Source of the DNA: SAR86 cluster bacterium
GTDB lineage: Bacteria > Pseudomonadota > Gammaproteobacteria > Magnimaribacterales > D2472
Assembly: GCA_003331545.1 (NCBI GenBank)
Contig: QOPC01000002.1
Span: 14,518 to 78,517, forward strand
Direction: 5' to 3'
Length of the DNA: 64,000 nt
Made by a program: the position numbers and the translations under genes. Position 1 is the stretch's first letter. The number at the start of each line of letters is the position of its first letter. The notes below the pieces were generated by a model. It was not told where the DNA came from. It made no database searches and was given only the letters and a program-made list of their open reading frames with translations. Below, one piece after another: positions 1 to 8,837 of the stretch.

Positions 1-317
1 ATGTATATCAATTGATCAGGAGAATATCTTGGATTAAGTGTATGCAAGATTGCTCCCATACCAGATACTGCAAAATACGTTTCAAAGTGCCTGCTATTAT
101 TCCAAGCAATGGTCGCAACTCTATCATGAATCTTTACTCCAAGCTTTGTAAGAGCATTTGCAAGTCTTTTTGAACGCTTAATTGATGCTCCGTATGTGGT
201 CGAATTTATTGATCCATCAAGCTCTCTTGAAATAAGCTGTCCGTCAACATTATATTTTTCTGCATGTAAAATTGCTTGTGGGATTGTCAAACCCCAGTTC
301 ATCATATTGCCTTTCAT
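1..317 (-). CDS. AMP-dependent acyl-CoA synthetase/ligase, N-terminal fragment (gene runs off the left edge)
   Basis: Hand translation of the minus strand from the ATG at 317..315 gives MKGNMMNWGLTIPQAILHAEKYNVDGQLISRELDGS...ATIAWNNSRHFETYFAVSGMGAILHTLNPRYSPDQLIY, with no stop down to position 1. The HTLNPR block is typical of the N-terminal part of fatty-acid CoA ligases. It is absent from the ORF track because it is truncated. Confidence 0.75.
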   Translation of the reverse strand, partial: MKGNMMNWGLTIPQAILHAEKYNVDGQLISRELDGSINSTTYGASIKRSKRLANALTKLGVKIHDRVATIAWNNSRHFETYFAVSGMGAILHTLNPRYSPDQLIY

Positions 318-503
318 TAAAATATCCTCTTTTTCATTTAACTAATATTCTAAATCTTCTTTGGAACAATAGAAATATGATTTTAAATTGTTCTGCTCAA
401 AGGCAGAAAGAATTCTTAATCGATCTGGTGAACTGAGCAGTTAATTGCTTGAGAAAATATCATAATAGCAAATCTATAAATTATTCATGTTGAAATTTAA
501 ATT

Positions 504-1328
504 TTATAATTTTTCTGCATGAGTATAACGATCTAAGCCCTGCAGATCTTGTTCAGAAAGAATATTTTTAAAACCATTTTCCTTAAGAATTTTTGAAACC
601 TCATAAGCTTGAGAGCAGCCATGTTCAAAAATAATTTTTCCTCCTGATTTTAAACGTGAGATTGCCTGGACCGCAATTTCATGAAAGCTTTCTAATCCAT
701 TTTTTGTTATTAGTGCGATTATGGGCTCATGTTTTAAATCCTTAAGATGTTGATCATTCGGTTTTAAATATGGAGGATTTGAAATAATTAAATCAAGAGA
801 CTCTCTTTGTATACAAGAAATCCAGTGAGATTTTACTAATAATATATTTCTTACATCATGGGAATTAACGTTAAGATTAGCTACATCTAAAGCGTCATTT
901 GAAATATCTGTAGCAATAATCTTGAGGTTAGGATTTTCTAACGCAAGTGAAATAGAAATGCAGCCTGATCCAGTTCCAAGCTCTGCAATAAGCGAGTTTT
1001 TTTTTAGTTGCAAATCTAGAGCCCAATCAACAATGAATTCTGTTTCAGGTCGAGGAATCAAAACTCTTGAATCAATATAGAATTTATTTCCATAGAACAC
1101 TGACTCATTCAAAATATAATCTATGGGTAACCCTTCAAGGTAGGATGAAAAAAACATTTCTATTTTTAAACTTTGCTCTTTTGAAAGCCTAAGGTTATCC
1201 TCCAAAGCAATAACGGTATCGCTGATTCCAAGAGATTTTAAAAAGTAGCCTAGGTCTCGAATTATGTATTTATGTTTGCTTGCATTCGACTTGGCATGCA
1301 AAAAGAATGATTTTAGTTCTTGATTCAA
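504..1328 (-). CDS. prmC: Release-factor glutamine N5-methyltransferase
   Basis: 274 aa. SAM-binding GTGSGCISISLA and catalytic NPPY (IISNPPYL) motifs. Directly abuts the prfA stop (1329), as in the conserved hemA-prfA-prmC operon. Confidence 0.93.
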   Translation of the reverse strand: MNQELKSFFLHAKSNASKHKYIIRDLGYFLKSLGISDTVIALEDNLRLSKEQSLKIEMFFSSYLEGLPIDYILNESVFYGNKFYIDSRVLIPRPETEFIVDWALDLQLKKNSLIAELGTGSGCISISLALENPNLKIIATDISNDALDVANLNVNSHDVRNILLVKSHWISCIQRESLDLIISNPPYLKPNDQHLKDLKHEPIIALITKNGLESFHEIAVQAISRLKSGGKIIFEHGCSQAYEVSKILKENGFKNILSEQDLQGLDRYTHAEKL

Positions 1329-2420
1329 TTATGAAGATTCTTCCAGATTCGATAGCTGAGCTAATTGATTCTCTGTAATCAAAGCTTGGCAGATGGAGAT
1401 CATATCTCCGTCCATAACTTGATCTAGATTATGCTGAGTTAACTTGATCCTATGATCAGTTATGCGTCCTTGGGGAAAATTATAAGTTCTAATTTTTTCG
1501 CTTCTATCGCCGGTACCAACAAGAATTTTTCTTTCGCTAGCAATAGTATTTTGCTGCTCATCTATTTCGTTCTGCTTTAATTTTGCAGCCAACAATGCCA
1601 TAGCTTTTGCTTTATTCTTATGCTGGGATCTATCATCCTGACATTCGACAACAACTCCAGAAGGAATATGAGTTAATCGAACAGCAGAATCAGTTTTATT
1701 AACGTGCTGTCCTCCCGCACCAGATGCTCTATAAGTATCAACTCTTAACTCGCTTTTATCTATTTCTATATCTTGCACCTCATCAACTTCAGGAAGAATT
1801 GCCACTGTAACTGTTGAAGTGTGGATTCTCCCTTGAGACTCAGTCTCTGGAACACGCTGTACCCTATGCACACCCGACTCAAATTTAAGGAATTTAAATA
1901 CACCTTGACCGTTTATTTTAACCACAACCTCCTTCAACCCACTGGGCTCTGATTGTTTTATATTTACAATCTCTAATTTCCAGCCTTGTCGCTCAGATAA
2001 TCGGGAATACATCCTAAATAAATCAGCAGCAAATATCGCGGCCTCATCACCTCCTGCGCCTGCTCTTATTTCTAAATATGCCGCTCCATCATCAGCATGA
2101 TCTTTAGGTAAAAGCATAAATTTAAGGCTTTTTTCAAGCTCTAAAATTTTATCTTGATTTGTAGCAACTTCAATTTTTGCAAGCTCTACTAGCTCCAGGT
2201 CTCCTGAATCCAACAGTTCTTTTGCTCCTAGTAATTCTGATTCAGTATCTTGAAGCAATTTAAATAAATCAACGATGGGTGATATCTCAGCATGCTCTTT
2301 ATTTAGTTGTGTAAAGTTAGCCATATCATTTGTGGCACCTTCTTTTGCGAGAGCTTCATAAATTTCATTAGATCTAGACCTTAAACTCTCTAGTTTATTA
2401 ATGATAGAAACTTCAAGCAC
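1329..2420 (-). CDS. prfA: Peptide chain release factor 1
   Basis: 363 aa. GGQ motif (RASGAGGQHVNKTDSAVRLTH) and RF1-type P-x-T anticodon-like tripeptide (VQRVPETESQGRIHTS). Confidence 0.97.
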   Translation of the reverse strand: MLEVSIINKLESLRSRSNEIYEALAKEGATNDMANFTQLNKEHAEISPIVDLFKLLQDTESELLGAKELLDSGDLELVELAKIEVATNQDKILELEKSLKFMLLPKDHADDGAAYLEIRAGAGGDEAAIFAADLFRMYSRLSERQGWKLEIVNIKQSEPSGLKEVVVKINGQGVFKFLKFESGVHRVQRVPETESQGRIHTSTVTVAILPEVDEVQDIEIDKSELRVDTYRASGAGGQHVNKTDSAVRLTHIPSGVVVECQDDRSQHKNKAKAMALLAAKLKQNEIDEQQNTIASERKILVGTGDRSEKIRTYNFPQGRITDHRIKLTQHNLDQVMDGDMISICQALITENQLAQLSNLEESS

Positions 2421-3627
2421 TTCGAATTTCCTGAATCATTGAAAAAATAGCATGAGGGCTTAGAACAGCAATCTGCTTTAATTGATCAGCTGAAGCTACA
2501 TCTATTTTTTTTAAGTATTTGTATGGATGATCTGAACTCATGAGTGCTAACAAATCTTTTTCACTCATAACTTCGCAAATATTTTTAAGAACCTCATATG
2601 CCTCATTGCGATTTTCTTTTTTTATCTTATCTTGGCTTAAAGCTTTGACTCTCTCTTGAATAAGTATCTTTGCTCTTTTGGCCTCAATAGATCGTTCTTC
2701 TAGATTCTCTTGGGTAACATGCTCAATGTCCTCTATTGTAAAAAGATATGCATATTCTAGATCTCTTACTTGATCTTCTATATTTCTGGGCACTCCTAAA
2801 TCTATAAGCAGCATAGGTTTATTTTTTCTTTCTTTCATGGCATTTTCTATCAAGCCTTTGCCAATAATAGGTAAAGGTGAATTTACAGATGTGACTAAGA
2901 TATCAGTTGATTGAATAAGCGATCCAAGCCTTGATAGATTATTTGTAACAAGGCTCAGCGATTCATTGATCTGCAAGAATTTTTTGGATCTATTTACAGC
3001 ATGAATATTCTTAATTCCATTTTCGTAAAAATTGTGGATGACGCTCATTGCCATCTCACCAGCTCCAACTATAGTTAATTTTTGTTGAGCAGGATCCTCG
3101 AAAATTTCTTGAACAATTTTCAACGAAAGACCTGACATGGACAAAGGATTGAAACCAATTTTAGTTTCTGTTCTAACTGCTTTTGCTATGGATATTATTT
3201 CGTCTGTTAAACGTCGCAGCTTTCCGTTTAGAGTCTTCAACTTAATAAATGTTTGAGTAGCTTTCTTGAATTGCCCCAAAATTTCTTGCTCTCCTAAAAC
3301 CTGAGAATCTAGGCCGCTAGCAACACAACACATATGTTCAATGGCTCTATCGCCCCCAAGAAAATACAAACCCTCTTTTACTGAATCATCGCAACCTAAA
3401 AAATCAAAAGTTTTTTGTGCTATTGAAATGGCTGTTCCTGAGTGACCATAAAAATATATCTCGGTCCTATTACAAGTTGAAAGAGCAAAAAAGGATTCAA
3501 CGAGTTCTTCAAACTCATCTTTAAAAAAAATTTTAAAGTCATCTTTATTTGAGTCATTTATAATAAAGAGCTCTCTTTCAGATAACTTTGAAGTTTTATG
3601 ATTTATGCCAAATAACTGTAACTCCAT
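2413..3627 (-). CDS. hemA: Glutamyl-tRNA reductase
   Basis: 404 aa. Family N-terminus LFGINHKTS, active-site Cys context LSTCNRTEIY, and NADPH Rossmann motif IVGAGEMA. Overlaps prfA by 8 nt. Confidence 0.95.
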   Translation of the reverse strand: MELQLFGINHKTSKLSERELFIINDSNKDDFKIFFKDEFEELVESFFALSTCNRTEIYFYGHSGTAISIAQKTFDFLGCDDSVKEGLYFLGGDRAIEHMCCVASGLDSQVLGEQEILGQFKKATQTFIKLKTLNGKLRRLTDEIISIAKAVRTETKIGFNPLSMSGLSLKIVQEIFEDPAQQKLTIVGAGEMAMSVIHNFYENGIKNIHAVNRSKKFLQINESLSLVTNNLSRLGSLIQSTDILVTSVNSPLPIIGKGLIENAMKERKNKPMLLIDLGVPRNIEDQVRDLEYAYLFTIEDIEHVTQENLEERSIEAKRAKILIQERVKALSQDKIKKENRNEAYEVLKNICEVMSEKDLLALMSSDHPYKYLKKIDVASADQLKQIAVLSPHAIFSMIQEIRSA

Positions 3628-4096
3628 AATAAAATTTAATTTAGTTTTTTTTGTGATATTTTTAACTTCATGCTCATCATTATCTCCATCAACTTTTTCA
3701 GAAAAAAAGTATGTTGGTAAACTCTCCCTCTCACAAAATAATAAAGTATCTAACTTTACAGTAAGAATAGTAGTGTTTTATGAAGACCTTATTATACAGG
3801 TTAGCAAGCCTTTTTTAGGTAATCTAATAAAGATAAAATTTAATCCCTATGAAGGATTTTCTTCTTATTCAGAGACAATTAATTTGGATTTATCTGTATT
3901 TAAAAATGCAAATAAGAAAGAATATGCTAATTTTTTTTATTCTTGTTTTGATATCTTGAGCCCTTCTCAAAATTTATTTATCTTAGATAAAAATGATTTT
4001 CAGCTAAGATGTGAATTTGAGGAAGTTGATGTTTTTTCTTTTAGTTTTAAAGCTTTTAATGATTTAACCATAAATGGAGCCTTGAAACGTGAATAG
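3605..4096 (+). CDS. lolB: Outer-membrane lipoprotein, LolB-like (assigned mainly by position)
   Basis: 163 aa. Lipoprotein signal peptide with lipobox FLTSC. Sits in the conserved slot divergent from hemA and directly upstream of ispE. Sequence similarity to LolB could not be verified by eye. The start is uncertain (see finding). Confidence 0.6.
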   Translation: MPNNCNSIIKFNLVFFVIFLTSCSSLSPSTFSEKKYVGKLSLSQNNKVSNFTVRIVVFYEDLIIQVSKPFLGNLIKIKFNPYEGFSSYSETINLDLSVFKNANKKEYANFFYSCFDILSPSQNLFILDKNDFQLRCEFEEVDVFSFSFKAFNDLTINGALKRE

Positions 4097-4103
4097 CATA
4101 GCA

Positions 4104-4919
4104 ATGAAATGTCCAGCTAAATTGAACCTTAATCTATCAATCTTAAGCAAAAGGATCGATGGAATGCATGAAATAAATACTCAATTTCAACTTATTAATT
4201 TATTTGACGATATGCTTATCAAAAAAACGTCAAATAAAAATATTAATGTAAAAACAAATGCTAGTCTTTCAATAGATGGCAAAAAGAACATAGTTTTTAA
4301 AGCTATTGAAGCACTTTCAGAATATACAGGAAAAGAAATATCTTGTGATGTAAATATTGAAAAAAACATTCCAATTGGCGGGGGTTTAGGAGGGGGAAGT
4401 TCAAATGCTGCAGCTGCATTAATTGGAACCAATGTTTTATTTCAACTTGGTCTATCATGCGAAAACCTAAGAGAGATTGGTGTGAAACTTGGAGCCGATG
4501 TACCTTTCTTTATTTATGGAAAAAATGCACATGCAACTGGCATAGGTGACCAATTCCTTGAAGAAAAATCTATAAATAAAAAAAAATACCTTTTGTTATT
4601 TCCTCTGGTTGAAAGCTCAACTCAAGAATTATTTAGAGAATGGGATAAATTAAGCAGGCATGATCAAGAAATGATAGGTGAAAATGAAGAGAATTCTTTT
4701 TTACCTTTATTTCTTGATAAATATAAAGAGGTAAATATAGTTTTTAATGATCTTGTCAAAATGAACAATCCCAGATTATCTGGAACTGGTTCAACAATAT
4801 TTTATGAATACAGCGATAATGATGATATTAGAAAAACTTTAAAAAAAATTCCTAGTAAATGGAGACACTCTTTTTGCGAACCTTTACAATGTTCACCATT
4901 ATTAACTTACTTAACATAA
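4104..4919 (+). CDS. ispE: 4-diphosphocytidyl-2-C-methyl-D-erythritol kinase
   Basis: GHMP-kinase motif PIGGGLGGGSSNAAA and family N-terminus MKCPAKLNLNL. I prefer the ATG at 4104. The track ORF begins at a GTG at 4089, which would overlap the lolB end. Confidence 0.92.
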   Translation: MKCPAKLNLNLSILSKRIDGMHEINTQFQLINLFDDMLIKKTSNKNINVKTNASLSIDGKKNIVFKAIEALSEYTGKEISCDVNIEKNIPIGGGLGGGSSNAAAALIGTNVLFQLGLSCENLREIGVKLGADVPFFIYGKNAHATGIGDQFLEEKSINKKKYLLLFPLVESSTQELFREWDKLSRHDQEMIGENEENSFLPLFLDKYKEVNIVFNDLVKMNNPRLSGTGSTIFYEYSDNDDIRKTLKKIPSKWRHSFCEPLQCSPLLTYLT

Positions 4920-4994
4920 TGGGGTGTAGCCAAGCGGTAAGGCAACGGGTTTTGATCCCGTCATGCGCTGGTTCGAATCCAGCCACCCCAGCCA
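4920..4994 (+). tRNA. tRNA-Gln (anticodon UUG), CCA encoded
   Basis: TGGGGTGTAGCCAAGCGGTAAGGCA...GGTTCGAATCC...CACCCCAGCCA. Acceptor stem TGGGGTG/CACCCCA. Anticodon loop TTTTGAT flanked by ACGGG/CCCGT. Same ispE-tRNA(Gln)-prs position as in pseudomonads. Confidence 0.93.
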
Positions 4995-5006
4995 ACAATA
5001 AGAAAA

Positions 5007-5966
5007 ATGATTAATAAACAAACAGTTGGTATTTTTTCAGGATCAGCTTCAACTGTGCTGTCTGAAGAAATAGCTAAAATACTTGGTCTTAAATTAGGAA
5101 ACATTGATTTAGGGAAATTTTCTGATGGAGAGATTAAGGTCGAAATTCTAGAGAATGTTCGTGGCCATGAAGCTTTTATTATTCAATCAACTTCCTCTCC
5201 CTCAAATGCAAATTTAATGGAATTGATGTTGATCACTGATGCTCTTAAACGATCATCTGCCTCAAGAATTACAGCAATCCTCCCTTATTATGGGTATGCT
5301 CGTCAAGACAGAAGAGTTCGATCTGCAAGAGTGCCAATAAGTGCAAAAGTGATAGCTGATATGTTGAATTCTGTTGGCGTAGATAGAGTCTTGACCGTGG
5401 ATCTTCATTCAGAATCTATTCAAGGCTTTTTTGATATGCCTGCAGATAATGTTTATGCAACAAAAATTATGCATGATGACATCAAATCAAGAACATCAAA
5501 AGATGAAAAAATACTAGTTGTATCTCCAGACGTTGGAGGAGTCGTAAGGGCGAGAGCATTAGCAAAATTTTTAGATGAGTCTGATCTAGCAATTATTGAT
5601 AAAAGAAGAGCTTCGCCAAACGAATCTGAGGTTATGAACATTATCGGGGATGTAGAGGGAAAAAGTTGTATTGTTCCAGACGATATCATCGATACAGCCG
5701 GTACTTTATGCAACGCAGCTTCAGCTTTGAAAGATGCTGGTGCGGCAAAGGTTAAAGCATATATCACTCATCCAGTATTATCCGGTCCTGCTATTGAAAG
5801 AATCTCTGAATCGTCCATAGATGAATTAGTTGTAACCAATTCAATTTCTTTGTCCCTAGAAGCGGAAAAATGCAGTAAAATACGCGTCATTTCTCTTGCC
5901 CCCACTATTGCTGAGTGCATTAGAAGACTAAACAATGAGGAGTCGCTGAGTGCTCTGTTTTTGTAA
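5007..5966 (+). CDS. prs: Ribose-phosphate pyrophosphokinase
   Basis: 319 aa. Motifs [13 protein letters not shown] and [17 protein letters not shown], and PRPP-binding loop [11 protein letters not shown]. Confidence 0.97.
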   Translation: MINKQTVGIFSGSASTVLSEEIAKILGLKLGNIDLGKFSDGEIKVEILENVRGHEAFIIQSTSSPSNANLMELMLITDALKRSSASRITAILPYYGYARQDRRVRSARVPISAKVIADMLNSVGVDRVLTVDLHSESIQGFFDMPADNVYATKIMHDDIKSRTSKDEKILVVSPDVGGVVRARALAKFLDESDLAIIDKRRASPNESEVMNIIGDVEGKSCIVPDDIIDTAGTLCNAASALKDAGAAKVKAYITHPVLSGPAIERISESSIDELVVTNSISLSLEAEKCSKIRVISLAPTIAECIRRLNNEESLSALFL

Positions 5967-5989
5967 TGTTAAGTAAAAAGGTGTGACTA

Positions 5990-6694
5990 ATGTCAAATGA
6001 AATTAAATTAAATGCAGATCTAAGGATTAGAACTGGGACAAATAAAACTAGGGAAATTAGAAGAGAAGATTCTATGGTCCCTGCAATTATTTATGGTAAT
6101 GAAGAAGAGTCAAAAAATATAAAATTGAAGCTAAATGAGCTTACAAAAGCATCAGAAAATGAACTTTTTTATACTCAGGTTTTAAAAATTATGCTTGAGG
6201 GTAATGAAGAAAAAGTTGTTTTAAAGGAACTGCAGAGAGAACCGGTAAAAGGTAAATTTCTTCATGCAGACTTTCAAAGAGTATCTAGAAAAACAAAACT
6301 AAAAGTTGTTGTTCCTTTTAGATTTAATGGCGAAGAGGAATGCGAGGGAGTTAAAACAGAAGGCGGTGTTTTAGCTAAAACAATTTCAGAGATAGAAATA
6401 GCTTGCTTGGCTGGTGATATACCGGAAGCTATTGAAATTGACATTACTAACTTAATGCTAAACGAAGCAATACGTTTATCAGAAATCACTCTACCAGAAG
6501 GAGCTGAAATACCAGGTTTTGATGAGGAAAATGATCAAATGATTGTCTCTGTCAATCCTCCTAGAGCTGAAGAAGAAGAACCAGAAATCTTAGCTGAAGG
6601 AGAAGAAGGTGATGTTTCTGAGGAAGAAGAGGCATCTAAAGACCAGGATGATGCTAATGATGAGACTCCTGAAGAAACAGAATCAAGTGATTAA
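5990..6694 (+). CDS. rplY: 50S ribosomal protein L25 / general stress protein Ctc (long form with acidic tail)
   Basis: 234 aa. N-terminal L25 domain (RTGTNKTREIRREDSMVPAIIYG) plus a Ctc-type C-terminal domain. Sits in the prs-rplY-pth-ychF order. Confidence 0.9.
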   Translation: MSNEIKLNADLRIRTGTNKTREIRREDSMVPAIIYGNEEESKNIKLKLNELTKASENELFYTQVLKIMLEGNEEKVVLKELQREPVKGKFLHADFQRVSRKTKLKVVVPFRFNGEEECEGVKTEGGVLAKTISEIEIACLAGDIPEAIEIDITNLMLNEAIRLSEITLPEGAEIPGFDEENDQMIVSVNPPRAEEEEPEILAEGEEGDVSEEEEASKDQDDANDETPEETESSD

Positions 6695-6708
6695 GGTTAT
6701 TAATATCT

Positions 6709-7272
6709 GTGCCTAATATTTGCATTATTGGCCTAGGCAATCCTGGTGCGCAATACAATGGGACTCGGCATAATATTGGAAAAGACTGGGTTAAGAGCAT
6801 CTCAACAGGTTCTAATCTAGAACTTCAATCAAAGAAAATAATTGAAGCTACCATTGCTGAATCTCCTGATAATAAGATTCTATGGGGATATCCTGATAAG
6901 TATGTGAATGAATCTGGTCGCTCAATTAATAAAATAGTAAAACACAAAAAATTTAACCTCGAACAAATAATTATTATTCACGATGATTTGGACCTGCCTC
7001 TTGGAAACCTAAAATTAAAGATAGGTGGAGGCCATGGGGGTCATAATGGTTTAAGAAGCATAATTGCTCATTTAGGCCAATCATTTATAAGATTGCGAGT
7101 GGGTATCGGTCATCCTGGTAATAAAGTGGATGTAACAAACTGGGTTTTAGGTAAATTTAAACCAACTGAAAAAGATTCAATGCTAGAAAGTTTTTATAAA
7201 TTTAATAATATTATTGAGCTTTTAAGCAACAATGATATTCAAAATGCTCAAATAAAACTTCATACTGAATAA
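6709..7272 (+). CDS. pth: Peptidyl-tRNA hydrolase (GTG start)
   Basis: 187 aa. Motifs IIGLGNPGAQYNGTRHNIG and GGHGGHNGLRS. Confidence 0.95.
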   Translation: MPNICIIGLGNPGAQYNGTRHNIGKDWVKSISTGSNLELQSKKIIEATIAESPDNKILWGYPDKYVNESGRSINKIVKHKKFNLEQIIIIHDDLDLPLGNLKLKIGGGHGGHNGLRSIIAHLGQSFIRLRVGIGHPGNKVDVTNWVLGKFKPTEKDSMLESFYKFNNIIELLSNNDIQNAQIKLHTE

Positions 7273-7274
7273 AG

Positions 7275-8360
7275 ATGGGTTTCAAATGTGGAATTTTAGG
7301 CTTACCTAATGTTGGAAAATCAACATTATTTAATGCGATAACCAAATCTTCTATTCCAGCAGAGAACTTTCCATTTTGCACAATTGAACCCAATCTTGGA
7401 ATAGTAAATGTTCCTGATAAAAGACTAGATAGCATTAACGATATTGTAAATTCTGAAAAAGTAATCCCAACTTCAATGAGTTTCGTTGATATTGCCGGAC
7501 TCGTAAAAGGTGCTTCACAGGGTGAAGGACTTGGAAATGCGTTCCTATCAAATATTAGAGAAATGAATGCACTACTTCACGTTGTAAGATGCTTTGATGA
7601 TGAAAATGTTGTGCATGTTGATGGTGCAATCAATCCATTAAAAGATGTTGAGACTATTAATCTGGAATTAATTTTTTCAGACCTTGAGGTACTTGAAAAA
7701 AGAGATCAAAAATTAGAAAAATTAATAAGGTCCGGAGATAAAGAGGCAACAAAGCAGAAAGATATAATTCAGACCTTAAAGGGACTTATGGAAAGTGGAA
7801 ATTTACCAAGGCTTGATAATTTTCAACCTGAAGAAATAAAATTCATTGAGAGCATGAATTTGCTTTCAACAAAACCCATGGTCTTAGTTGCAAATTTATC
7901 TGATGATGAATCAAAAAATAATATTGATGATTTAAATAATTATGCAAAGAGCAATTGCATTGATATCATTCCTGCTGTTATTAAGGTAGAGCACGAATTA
8001 GCTGCATTAGAGGAAGAAGAACAAGCAGAATATCTTGAGCTGCTTGGAATGGATGAGCCTGTATTAAACAAAATTATATTAGCAGGATATAAGTTACTAG
8101 GGCTTGAAACATTTTTTACATCTGGTCCAAAAGAATCAAGAGCTTGGACAGTTTATAAAAATTCTTTAGCTCCTCAAGCAGCAGGCGTTATCCATACTGA
8201 CTTTGAAAGGGGTTTTATTAAGGCTGAGGTTATATCTTACGAGGATTTTATAAGTAGTAACGGAGAGTCTGGAGCCAAAAAAGATGGTAAGTTAAGGCTT
8301 GAGGGGAAAGATTATTTGGTGAAGGATGGAGATGTAATTCACTTCAAATTTAACGTTTGA
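7275..8360 (+). CDS. ychF: Ribosome-binding ATPase YchF
   Basis: 361 aa. P-loop GLPNVGKSTLFNA, and YchF C-terminal domain (RAWTV...AAGVIHTDFERGFIKAEV). Confidence 0.96.
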   Translation: MGFKCGILGLPNVGKSTLFNAITKSSIPAENFPFCTIEPNLGIVNVPDKRLDSINDIVNSEKVIPTSMSFVDIAGLVKGASQGEGLGNAFLSNIREMNALLHVVRCFDDENVVHVDGAINPLKDVETINLELIFSDLEVLEKRDQKLEKLIRSGDKEATKQKDIIQTLKGLMESGNLPRLDNFQPEEIKFIESMNLLSTKPMVLVANLSDDESKNNIDDLNNYAKSNCIDIIPAVIKVEHELAALEEEEQAEYLELLGMDEPVLNKIILAGYKLLGLETFFTSGPKESRAWTVYKNSLAPQAAGVIHTDFERGFIKAEVISYEDFISSNGESGAKKDGKLRLEGKDYLVKDGDVIHFKFNV

Positions 8361-8394
8361 CTTATAATCGAAGTTCTTTATCATTTCAGCACTT

Positions 8395-8471
8395 GGCTAT
8401 GTAGCTCAGATGGTTAGAGCACAGCACTCATAACGCTGGGGTCGGTGGTTCAATTCCACCCATAGCCACCA
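8395..8471 (+). tRNA. tRNA-Met, elongator type (anticodon CAU), CCA encoded
   Basis: GGCTATGTAGCTCAGATGGTTAGAGCACAGCACTCATAACGCTGGGGTCGGTGGTTCAATTCCACCCATAGCCACCA. As recalled, it closely parallels E. coli elongator tRNA-Met (GGCUACGUAGCUCAG..GGUUAGAGCAC...CUCAUAA...) rather than the initiator or tRNA-Ile2. Confidence 0.88.
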
Positions 8472-8544
8472 CTAGTAAAAAAATCTCGGTAAATATATAT
8501 TATTTAACCAGATGAGCAATCTAGAAATTAGTGCTCTGGTTTGT

Positions 8545-8778
8545 CTAGTCTTTTCTAAGAAATATCAAAATTATTAACAAAGAAACTAAAACTAAAAGGC
8601 CATCTTCCCCAAGCATATTTAAGACATCAGTAACATTTTTATAGACATCTCCAACAAATGGAGTGTTAGGACCTAGGATAATTCCCAATAACAATGAGAC
8701 TGCTACCAGAGGCAATAATAATTTTAATAGCTTGTTAAAAAAAGCTGTAAGTTTAGTGAGAGCGTTATTAAGATTCAT
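8545..8778 (-). CDS. Small two-TM membrane protein, unknown function (paralogue B)
   Basis: 77-aa ORF in otherwise non-coding DNA. Two hydrophobic helices. Shares the motif GDV-x2-N-[IV]-T-x-[LV]-x3-L...GLLVL and the overall architecture with the adjacent 72-aa ORF. No obvious SD. Confidence 0.55.
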   Translation of the reverse strand: MNLNNALTKLTAFFNKLLKLLLPLVAVSLLLGIILGPNTPFVGDVYKNVTDVLNMLGEDGLLVLVSLLIILIFLRKD

Positions 8779-8790
8779 ATTCTTAAATAA

Positions 8791-8820
8791 GTTAGAAAGG
8801 GCCTAGTGACCCTTTCTAAC
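8791..8820 (-). terminator. Perfect 11-bp stem-loop between the two small genes (attenuator or terminator-like)
   Basis: GTTAGAAAGGG-cctagtga-CCCTTTCTAAC. On the minus strand it is followed by TTATTTAAGAAT and then the ATG of paralogue B. Confidence 0.45.
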
Positions 8821-8837
8821 AAAGATTAAGCAAGCGC

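Noticed and set aside
391-408. Hairpin TTCTGC-tcaaag-GCAGAA downstream of prmC as a terminator.
   Set aside because: The stem is only 6 bp and there is no adjacent U-run on the minus strand. It could occur by chance.
4187-4432. 81-aa minus-strand ORF inside ispE. The same kind of ORF occurs at 5453..5767 in prs, 6274..6489 in rplY and 7211..7435 across pth/ychF.
   Set aside because: These are entirely antisense to strongly conserved genes. Their Pro/Ala/Ser-rich low-complexity translations mirror the sense-strand Gly/Ala codons. None has an RBS or a family resemblance.
8395-8471. Whether the CAU-anticodon tRNA is tRNA-Ile2 (lysidine-modified) or an initiator.
   Set aside because: The acceptor stem, D-arm and anticodon stem follow elongator tRNA-Met. 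It lacks the initiator's three consecutive G-C anticodon-stem pairs and 1:72 mismatch, which the 17174..17250 tRNA does have. It does not resemble ileX as I recall it.
8506-8541. Possible bidirectional terminator between tRNA-Met and small gene B (AACCAGA-tga-GCA ... TGC-TCTGGTT).
   Set aside because: It has only 10 bp interrupted by a 3-nt bulge, a 13-nt loop, and no U-tract on either strand. That is too weak to call.
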